Below, in pieces: positions 34,940-46,900 of a stretch of DNA of 64,000 bases (within the stretch, counting starts at the first letter, position 1; every line of letters starts with the position of its first letter). The translations under genes and the position numbers were made by a program. The DNA is from Phoronis australis (Eukaryota; Animalia; Phoronida): assembly GCA_002633005.1 (NCBI GenBank), contig NMRA01000070.1:1-64000 (forward strand), in the 5' to 3' direction. Below the pieces are notes generated by a model. It was not told where the DNA came from. It saw only the letters and a program-made list of their open reading frames with translations, and ran no database searches.

Positions 34940-37900
34940 CTGTGTGCAAATGATAGGAAGAAATTATCAGTTGATGAAGAATAGATAAATATTCACGTCT
35001 GATGCATTACCAAACAACTAAATCAAGCTATGTTGAATCACTTACAGAGACACACTGTTGAGATGGTAATTTTGCTTTTTTAAATCAAGGCATCAGTGAT
35101 GAAGAAAATTATAATGCCTCTCCTACTAAAATGGTCCTGTCAGTCTAAAAATGAACTGACTTGATAACACAATGCACACATAATTAGCTCAAGTCGAAAT
35201 TGCATACTAAAATTAGAATAAACAAAATTTGCATTGGATAATGTATTTATAGACACATTCAATGAAATCTTTTTAAGGTGAAATTGAGTAAAATTGGTAT
35301 TCTAGTCTATTATGACTATTTTGACTGACCATAAAAATGCGGTTGAAAAACTATGCAACAAAGGCTGGCCCTCCCAACAAAGGTACAGACTACTTCCCTC
35401 TACAGTAGCGCCCTCTCACTAATGGCAGCACCTTTATAAGCTCACTCTCTGTGTATACTGTGCTGGTGTAGATTTGTAGTAAATTCTCTGAACTGATACA
35501 AAGCTTACAGACTGTACAATTAACTTACTAGCATACTCCTTATAGAATACTTATTAAAATGATTTACTACATACAAAATAACAACAAAATAACAAATAGT
35601 GTTCTGTATATTTTCCATAGCCTTTTTTAGTAGAAGTGACATCTATCAGGTTAGTCAACTTATGGGATTCTCCAAATAAGGAATTCAACACTTTAAGGTA
35701 ATGGATTTTATTTTCGAAGTGAACAAAGCCGACTGTACAATGGAGGCTGGAACACACCCAATTAGTAACCGTAGTTCCCCATTTTACCACAGGCATAAAA
35801 TGGAAGATTTTAAAAATGGCACTGCACAAACCTGATTCTTCAATCATTTCTGCCCCAGTCTTGGCTGAAGCAACCACGTTCCCCGTGGCTTGCGTCACAC
35901 CCTTGGAGGCCTCCGACAGCTCCTTCATCCTCACGCTGCCTCGATCGGCCTTGACCTTAGAAGCGACCACCAACTGGGCGGTGCTGGCAGCGATCTCCTG
36001 TGAGCACACCATCAACTCCTCAAACTTGCCTTTCCCATTCACTACTTTCTCAGCTGTTTCCCTGCAATAACCAAAGCAGAACTGAGCATGGCTTCAGTTT
36101 GACCATGACAACCTATTGATTCTCACCAGCCTGGACACGTAGTGAAAAAAAAATGTAATCATGAAGACTAGGTCTCGGCAATTTAACATTTTCCAGGGAC
36201 AGAAACTGCCAAGCTGCGTGAGACTCGACTGAATAAATATTGTAAAATCTCAAACTTTTAAACAAAGTAATTGTCAATCTATCTTTTTTCATTAAGCAAA
36301 AATTTCTAACATTGCTGTGGAGCCTAACAATGTCTACAAAACATTGTCTAATGGTAGCTACGGTAATAAACTTAAAACTGATAAAACATAGTAGCGCCAC
36401 TTGCAAGTTTTATGTAAAAATAAATGTCCAATATACTGAGATTTCGCAACAGTGAACTTTCAAGTGTACCAACCAAAAATACAAGCAGACGGTTTGAAAT
36501 TGAAAGTTTATCAACCTACAGATTTGAGCGAGACAATTTGTACATTCGAGGTGCTATTAGTGCGCTATAAATTTTCCAGCTTAAACGTATTCACAGGTTG
36601 TTAAACTCGAAATTTTAAACTGTCTGCTTGTATTTTTGGGCTACATACTCGCTAGGGCAGGTTTGGCTGTGTATACACAAATATAGTCACGCAGATACAA
36701 ATGCCACTGAAACTTACAACAGTACATTGGCTCCCCATCCCACGGCCTTAGCAGCTGACAGTAGTCCCTCCGTCCACCTGTGGTGGCGCTTGTAGAAGTC
36801 CTTACTGGACGCTGACCCCCGACCCTGCGACACAATCTCCTCTTGCATCTCTTTGGCTTTGTGTACGAGAACGCGGATAGCCTTTAAGACAAACCACAGA
36901 ATACTGTCAGCAAAAGCATAGACAGGCTGATTACAAGTAGTCCAGCCAATAGTACTTATTAAATAAATACAGAGTTCTATTCCACATTAATTTCCAATCT
37001 TTTCTTCTCGATTTATCACCATTACTAAAAACTTGATTTATAGAATTCATAAAATTAACATTTATTATCTTCATAACCAAGTAGTCTGACATAGAAGTAA
37101 CTACTTATGCTCTCAGACTTGAACTGATCCTAACAATACCACCAACTGATCCTAACATTACCAACAACTGATCATCCAGCACTAGTTTACCTTCATCAGC
37201 GCTGTGCAGGAGTCCAGTATCCGTTCATTCACTTCCAGTTTCACGCCAGTGTCAGCTTCACGAGACTTTTGTAACATGTCCTAAACAAACGTAATCATAC
37301 AAATGTTTTAGATACATCAAAATTTATGACACGAATAAAGACATGTCTGCTAAGTGTTGGCACTACATCCGTTTCCATGGAGATAATATTAAGCACTTGT
37401 GGAACACCAGATAGGTCAAGTCATTTCCAAAACAAAAGGCAGTAAACAAGGTAGCACTGACTGAACAAAACTATAAAGAAATCACCCACTAATCTGCTAA
37501 CATTGCACGGGAGAAATGAAACTTGAAGCAATTTCATGATTTTTTACAAAAACAAAAGCTCACACAATATAGTAGTCAACAACATTTTGCATTTAGTTCG
37601 TACCCAAGTCAAGGAGCTTTATTTATTGGCGTATTCAACCAATGAAATTAATCTTCACTTCTTTTGCTAAAGCCAACGTACATACACATTAAATCTTTAG
37701 GTGCATAACAAGTTCTCATGAAGTTGAAAAGCAAAAAAAAAACATATTTAAATAATTGCTGCTCAGTACTAATCAAACCTAATATTTGCCTAAAATGCTC
37801 TTTGTGTCCTGTTTTCTCAATAGGTGCCAGTGTATCTGACCTCTCACTGTTGACCATCTCAGTTATCTCTTTGTGCAGAGGGCACCACCTACCTCAAAAC

Positions 37901-40900
37901 TGTGAACTACTTTCTTAATAGCTTCCATACTACCTAGCATGCCATTGCTGACCCCCTGAACCATCTCTCTGTACACAGTGTGCCACCTACCTTAATCCTT
38001 TGATCTGCCTTCTCAATAGCCTCCATGGCAGCCTACATCTCATCATTGACCAACACAGCCACCTACCTCAATCTTGTGAGGTGCCTTCTCAATAGCCTCC
38101 ATGGTAGCCTACATCTCTGTTACGACCACCTCATCCATTTCTACGTCCATGGGATGCCACCTACCTCAATCTTATGAGCTGCCTTCTCAATGGCTTCCAT
38201 TGTAGCCTCCATCTCATTGGTCACCATTTCCCCAATCTCCCCAGCTTTCACATCAGCTATCTTTGGAACAAGATCCTCAACCAACCCATGAAGTTGAGAG
38301 ATAGACTCCGACAGTGAACTGGTACTCCCAACAGCTTTCGAAAGATCACCTGGTAAGCAAAGGCAGATGGATCATGATTAAGAACTTTTACATCAGAAAT
38401 TTCCCTGATGAATGATTCGACCATCTTAATTTATAAAATGCGCTATAATTACATTACAACTTAAATTGAAGATCCATCCAGTGTAAAATTTGTTATGACC
38501 TAAGAAAGGACAATGGCTGAGAAGAATTATTGCCAGAGAGCCATTTCTTGTATTAATTACACCATTAGCGCCTTGTGTAAAGCAAGAGACAAGTGTTTTA
38601 AAGGAGCTTCTTTGTAAACCTCCCAGTCCAAGACTTGTTTGTCATCTAACAAGGAATGAGTGTAAACATGCCTTGTTCTAAGAACGTCAAATACTGAAGA
38701 CCATCCTCGCCAACTTCTTTTGCTTTCGCCAACAACGCTGAAAATGAAACATAAATCATATAAGTATCCCAGAGTGTTGATGTGAACATTAAATATCGTA
38801 CAACGAGTTAGCCATGTATCCTCACCTCGAGAGGTTTGTCTGACAGCTGACAAGTCACTTGCAAGGAATTCAGTAGTGAACAGTTCAAGCTCCTAGATTC
38901 TGATTCAACACTGCCAAAAACTTGGAAACAGGTACTAACAGACCTTGTATGAACTATTGGACAATAACTCATCAGTGGCCAGTCCTCCGAGTGAGTTCAC
39001 AACATAACAAAGTCATGATGCAAGTCCAGAATCGGTCAATAATGAGATATGAAGTTCCAAAGTTAGACAAATTTGGACATTTTCTAAGATCTCATATAAC
39101 CTTAAACAAATAGTCACCACTGTGACTTTAATTTCCTTTTCCGTGGTCTCAGTTCAAACATAACACCAGTCCTTACATAGCTTTGAGCATAATGTTTAAA
39201 AAATTAAAGTTTCTGTGCTTCTTCCACAGGACAAAGGCTGAGGATTTTGACGAGATTGGAAAAATTATATTTCAAAATCAGGTGCTTCACTTCCAGGGTA
39301 TAACACAAGTTAGGTTTGCCAAGACCAAAGTGAATACTATAAAAACATGCAATAACCACGTTCTCAATAATAGTGCACTAAAATGAAGTTCTTTCAGTGA
39401 AGAGGTTGATACACAAGCAGTAACAACACAGAGATATTAAGGAACGCAAACTGAAAACAAACTGCAGATTGTTGTAAATGTACAGGGAGTCATACCAGAC
39501 AAAAACAAGTTATACTACATTGACGCAGAGCCTTGAAATGCGCCCACAACTGCAACGCAAACAGTGTGCTTCTAGTTGTGTTTCTTTTAGTATCATGACA
39601 ATGGCCACTAGATGGCGCAAAATATGTCGAATCCATCCCAAATTAGAAAGGTGTTGTCATCTTCATAATAGAAAGTTGTTTGCCAAATTTCATGAAAAAA
39701 ACATCCAGACATAAAAACAAAGGCAAAAAATAAAGTTGCCACTAGGGGGCACAGCGGTAGTCAGAGCCGTCCAAAAACTCATAGGTAACCATTGTCACAT
39801 CTCTGGAAAAGCACCAACAAAAGTTCACAAACACCCTGCAAAGGAATCAGGAGCTACACCTATGGTTGTAAAATTATAAATAACTACTAGAGAACGCCAC
39901 AGTTGTCAGACCTGTCCACAAATCAACATCACCCATGTGCTTCTCATCAGAAACACAACTGCAACGATTCACAATGATCCTCTGAGCAGTTTGGCAAATC
40001 CGGAGGCAGATGCTAAAACAACCTCGAAATAACTTAAACTGTCACTAGGTGGCGCAGAATATGTCGAATTTGTCAGAAAATGAAAACGTATTGTCTCCTT
40101 GATATAAACCTATCCGCCAAATTTCACAAAAATATGTCGATGAGCTCAAAAGATGCAGAGGCAAACATAAAAAAAAATTGAAATTGTTACTAGAGGGCAC
40201 AGCTGTGGTTGGATTAGTCTGAAACACGTTGTAATTGGTTACAATCTCAATAGGAACATATCTGTCAAATTTCACAACGATCCTATAAAGAGTTATGGAG
40301 ATACAGCCGTAAACGCAAAACAATTGCCACTAGGCGGTGCCAGAGTAGTCAAAACTCAAACGAAAATTAGTGTCAGCGGTGGTTTTCTTAACAGGAACAA
40401 ATCTGTCAGTTTCCGTATTGATCCTATGAGTAGTTTGACGGATAAAGAGACAGATGTCAAAACGTGCTAAAAAATTTCTAAAATTGCCATCACGTGGTGC
40501 ATAATATGTTAAATCGGTCCGAAACCACGAAGGCGTCATCATCTCCTTAACAGACACCTATTTCTTAAATTTCATGAAAATCCATCGAGGAACTCTAAAG
40601 ATACAGAGGCAAACGTAAAAACTAAAATTGCCACTAGGGGGCAGAGCAAGAGTTGGATTCATCCAAAACTCGTCATCGTTTATTGCCAGCTTCATAGAAA
40701 CATCTGCAAAATCCCAATATGATACTGTAAAGGGCTTAGATCAAGCCGCTGACGGTGCACGTCCAGACAGAGATGACGGCAATATGCACCCACATATAAA
40801 TACGTGAGCGCATAAAAATGAGAAGTTTTCTTGAAACAACGTTCTGGAACATCAAACACTACGGGCCTAAATAACTACTTAAAGCTAAGAAGTTAAGCAT

Positions 40901-43900
40901 AGACTATACAGGGCAAGACATAGTTTGCATTATACAGGGCAGAATTGAAAAATGGTGCTGCGTAAAATATGAAGAGTTCGTTTTGAAAAGATGCAGTATT
41001 GAAAATATTTACAAAGAGGACGAATGATTTGAAATTAGTACTTATGATCCCTATGAATTTCAATAACTCCGGGAGTAAAAGACTTAAACCGATCAGTAAA
41101 ATTGTAGGTATCACAGCTTGTGAAATGCTCATTAGACACTCTTTGGTATTGCCTTGTGCACAGGTGTGTGCTGACGGACTCGCAATAAATAAGACAATCT
41201 CTTCCATTGTCTGAGAAACTTGTAGTCGGATCTTTTCTATCATTTTAAAGTGTTTACTTATAAATAAGATGATGTGCTTACATTTCAAATCATCTATAAA
41301 TGAGAATCAAAGCATAACACTGAATTGTCTTACCATCGTCATCCACTGGAACTGTTGTTTAATAAGTTAACACGTGATTACAATGTGCGATCACTTTCAG
41401 ACTGAGCACTCTCGTGTAATAATAACACGCAGTTCTATTATGCTATGAAAATCTTTTAAATGTTAAACACAAAACATTGCTTTCAAAATCTCCTTAAATT
41501 TACAACACAGTTACTATGATGAAGCCAGTCAAAGACATTTTGAACCACGCACTGGATTGTCTTCTTCAGAAACTAATAGCTTTCACACCAAAGATTTTCA
41601 TTCAATCCAAAGTGTGTAGTAACATCACAAATTAGTATAATAATAATAAAAAGTTTATTTTACCAAATACAAACTGCTATAGTACAGAATACTATAAATA
41701 TATACAATCGTTGGAATGTGTGATGGCCTGTTTGAAAAAAAAATTGATTGAAAAAATAATAATTGTGTATGAGCAATTTTGCAATCAGTTACACTGTACA
41801 TGAACACCATTCAGTCAAGTCCAATTCTATGAAGGTGTTCACTTCTACGAATTTCGTCAGTAGGCTTGTAGTGCGGAGATGAGTAAAGCACCAAAAACAT
41901 TAACGACAATACTTTACACGCAGACACAGGGCAGGCATAAAAATTTCGTACGGTACAATTTACATCATTACAATATAGGCGAGCACATGCACCTGCGTCC
42001 GAAATGAATTGTCTTTTCATTTGAGTAAAATTTTCTCTCAAGTGCCTATTTTATCCATTACTCGTACCTTTCAGTTAAAATATCAACATTTGCCTGATCA
42101 CAAATCAACAGCCACAGTTTCACTCACACGCTATTTTAAGTGATATTCAGGTGTTTCACATACAGGGCACATTCCTAATTCCGATTACGTAATCACACAT
42201 GGGCTTAAATGCCAGTGTCTAACAAAACGCATCGACACGGGAGGTAAAACATGAATTTATAACAAAAGAATGTGTGGCTCTAACTCACCTTCACCCTGCT
42301 CTATTGTGGCCGCAGTAGACACGGCTTTAGTCTCTCTCACACAGCTGCTAAGTTTATACGTAAATTCTGTCAAGCTTCGGACCAGATCGCTGGACTCTGA
42401 TTGGTCTCTGCTAAATTTCTCAGTTGTATTCTTGAGTTGGTCTAACGCTCGAGTCAAAGGCTCCATACTACCCAGCATAAACTCTGTGAAACAACAGTTA
42501 AGTAAACGTCCATTATCTGAGGACATATTTTACCATTGACAAGAAATATGCAAAAACAAACGTTGTCAATAATCGAAGACAACAGTGTTGTCAAAAACAA
42601 TCTAAAGACAGGTCCCTCGCTCAGCTCAGGGAAAAAGGGTCTGGGTCTTCTGTGAAGTGAACTTTTTGTGTGAGTTGAAAATCACCCACCAATCACCACG
42701 GAGTTCTCACCTTGGCACTGTCTCAAGTAGTCAAACCTAGTGTAATGTGCTAGTTTCCTAGCATAGCCTTTCGCACTGTTAAGAGCAGACCACCAGATTC
42801 AAGTTTCATGAAATTGAACTAGCCCAAGAAATAGGCGTGCCAGGTTGTGAACCAAGGAATCACATGAATGAATATTTTTGTTCAGTACTATGTGATCACC
42901 CCTGTGGTAAATTAATGCAGATTCGGTTCTCATCGACCAGGCTGTAAACATTGGCATGAATGAAGTGACCACTTTTACAAATAATAAAACATTCTGAAGC
43001 GAGGCGGGGGTGAGTTTAAAGTAATAATAAACAAGAGGTTTTTATCATTGGAGGGGAAAGTTTGGGCTTCACGGCGGGAATTTTGTATAATTTTTAAATG
43101 CTTTTCAAATGTGAATGGGGTCCATATTTGGCTTAGAAATCGAGGTATTAAGAGGACCGAAAGAAAAATTATATGTTAGCCTTAAACTGTTTTTGAAATT
43201 TCAGACTACAGACTGTAACGCATTTATCTCATATGGTGAGGGCAAATAGCTTGTGTTTTAGTCAACTTGGGGCCCATATTTGGCCTCAAATTGAGGAACT
43301 GAGGGCCTGAAAGACAAATTACATGTTGCCTTAAAATTTTTGCTATTTCATACTGGAGCCTGCAACACATTTCTCCCATATGGTTAGGGCAAACATGCAT
43401 ATTATCAGTAGGTCTAATGATATATGAAATAACATGTATACAACAGTGGAGATGAAGAAGTCCTAATTGATCTCACCAGCAGTGCAGGTGACGCCAGGCT
43501 CCAACGGTTCATCCAGACTATCTACAGCCTTCTTCAGGCATGACTTGTTGTCCTCGATGGCATTTCCTGTGACAAAAACAAGGTGGTATGTGTGACGGAC
43601 TGTGTACTAGTAAGTTGATGAGGCATTTGTACCGAAGTTTAGCAACTACAAGCATGGCAAAGCGATAACGTTTAGAAGGACTCAAAAGGATAGTGTAATG
43701 TTGCCAGAATGGAGTTTGGCAGGTAAAACGGTTAAAATTCAAATCAAAATGAAAGTTGTATAAAATATATGTGCTACATGGAATCAAATCACGATACTTA
43801 ATCATGGTACAAAAATTCCCAAACTCGTGTGTCCTTGCACTCTCTAACAGTAACCGTGGACAAATTTAACCAGCATTCCTGGAAAAGTTTGGAACATTGG

Positions 43901-46900
43901 CAATCAAATTCCGTGACTTCAACATGTTTGTGGAAAAATCAAAATTTTGTGAACTCGTAAAATCTTTAAATTTCTAGTTTCATTTCCAAATAATTCAAAA
44001 CCCAATAAAGTGATAAAAACAAGCGTACTACAATATTTAACTGGACACACCCGCTAAGCAGCCTGAACCCTGCTACTTTATAAGCCCAACACTCCCTTTT
44101 TGGAATCATACCTCTAAATATTGCATCTTTTCCCCTCGAGCATTCCAACACATCAACCACCCCTGTTCCAAGTGCCCTAAGCCATGGTGTGCAGACCAGA
44201 CTTAAAATATTTATTTTGCAATCAATACTTCCACTCTGGTTTAAAATTTACATATGTTCGTATACGCTCAGAAGTTTCTGTATTCAACCGGTGGTCTCGA
44301 TGGTTCACCGGACTAGAGCAACTGCAAGGCTAGCAGAAAGTCTGGGCTCCAGTCCCGATTGGAGCAGAAATCTTTAAGTCATCAGGTCACGTGGTGTGAT
44401 CAACAAGTGGCGGGCAGACCAGACTTAAAAGCAATTACGACCTAAGCTATTGTGTTACAACATAACTGCTTACTTAACATCCTATTCCGGGATTCCACCA
44501 TCTCCTGCCGCAATCGTTCTTCCATTGCGTCCTTTTCCTTTAAAACATCTTCATACTTCTTCTTGTAGTCCTCCAACTCTCGCTGCAGATTCTCGGAAGC
44601 TTCCTTCAAAGCTGCCTCAGCCTCTTCAAACTCCCGATAGAGCCGTTCGTTCTCCATCGTCGCCTCCAAAGTTTGATCGTTGACTCTCTTAAGGTCACCT
44701 TGAAACATCTCCACGTCTTCTTCCAATGACTTCTTCATCGCCTCGAGTTCAGCAACACGAGTTGCCAAAGACTGAAAATAGCACACCGTAAATTACAGTT
44801 TCAGAGTAGTAGTAGTACAGCAACGTGAGGCTACACCCAATCTAAGAAACTATTAAAATATCACACTTAGATTAAAACTCTCAAAAAATGTTATCGAAAA
44901 CGGAAAAAGCACTTCAGCTAAACCATGCAATTCCCAAAAATCTGAAAACCCATAAAACACTATTTTTTCATTTTTAATCACAGAAAAATGTGAAGAGATA
45001 GCGACATCGCTTTAAAATGGTGTCACATACCTTTCAGTGGCATCATTAGGCAATGGAACTTCTGTGAATCCGAATTTGTAAAGCTAAGATGACGAGAACC
45101 AACGACTGGTTGTCGCTTAATTGAAGTTTAGTTGTTGAAGATGAGTTGGCTGCTGTATAAACCCTAAGAATTTCTGAGCTTTTACATTAAAGAAGCTGTG
45201 AAACTTTCTTTATTTAAATATGCCACACGGCAGACAATCCACATCAATACCCAGAATGCATTTCAATCACCTGCTTCTCCTGTTCCAGCTCTGTAACTTT
45301 TAACTTGACTGCCACAAGCTCAGTACCAGTGGCGTCTGCTTGCTTGTTGAAGGACTCTTCTAACACCTGTTTTTCAGCACGCAGCTTGTCTAGCTCTGCT
45401 GTAGCCTCCTTCAAAAAGCAAAACTTTACAATGCATTTCCATTCATACCTGATTTTGTTTCCATGGCAATTGGATGTTACGGTAAGATCTCACCAATTTA
45501 TTTTCTCAGTTCAGATGAGCAAGGAAACAGGTTTGGGATTCCCTTGCCACACTTTATAGTCAGTTCGTACAGAATTTAACAAAAGTAAAATGCTGGGAAC
45601 GAGGAAAAAGAGTACCTATATTAGCCTGTACTATTTATATTTTCAAAATTATTTGAATAAATGTATTTCTAACCAATTACACTGACTCATTCTGGACAAA
45701 AATAATTGCCAAAATTTGTATTTTTTTCATTTTTCAAGGGTTTTTAGCATAGTACAGGGTATAGGGGATGTGAATTGCCAGCTATTTACCAGCACGACCA
45801 CGCAAGTAACAGCCAATAGGCGGTGTTGGACAACCACCAAAGATCACCAACTGGTGACCATGTGACTCGAAGATTCCCGCCAGCACCCTGACGAAGACGG
45901 GCTCAGAAGTTCGGTCCACAAACACAAACAGGTCGCTACTCTAGTCCCCAGCAATGAACATTCATTCTGCCGTTTTTAACATGTTGTGAATGCTCAAAAT
46001 TTTTCAAAACCGGTAGCTGTGATACAACATGGCACTACGTATGTTTCACTGAAAAAAATGATGCAATAACCTTCATTTATAAGACACTTTGTGTTCCATG
46101 TTGGTGAGATTTCATCATAGTGTTTTCACTGTGAACAGCTCCAAAAAACACAGATAAGCCATGCCTGACATAGCTAGGTAGCAAAGTTCCACAAGCGCAA
46201 AGCAAATATGGGGAAGACTGCAAGTACACAACTACAGGCACAAATGCAAAAAGAATCATCACTCAGAATAAATCCAAGAACGCAAACAGCATCCCAGGAC
46301 ACACTAATTTTATTCCACACTTGAAAATTGACCAGTCACGTGGCATGCTTCAAGGAAACCTTTAAATGACGTTCCACGTTAAGTGATTGATCAACTTTAG
46401 AGTTAAGTGGCCGTTAGGCCAAAAGAGTGCATCACGAGTCATTTGCGAGGTAGAAGCGACAAAAAAATTGTTGGCAAATGGAACTAAAACAAAATGCATT
46501 ATGGGTAGCTTCGTATCCATTACTCCCACAATGCAACAGTGCAAGTAGCCATCCAATCAGTTTTGGTGTTTGATACTAAAATCACTGCAACAGCATGAAC
46601 TTTCCAAACCTGCAAGAGCCTCGTTTTACAACGCACCCCTCCTAACAACCATCGTGAGTCATGCACATCCAGTACAGTTAGACAAGTTTACCTGTTTGTA
46701 AATACTATGTTTAACCTGGCTGTATTTACAGATATGGGGCCAATGACAGAAACCTTGAGGAACACAATTTGATCTAAATCTTTCAAAAATAGATCAATTT
46801 GCGAGGACTGCCAGTAGCCCACTGCAAATTACGTCAGCATGCAGACACGACCTTTGGATGTGAGATCCTGCTTAATATGGTTAAAGTTTGTTCAAATTAT

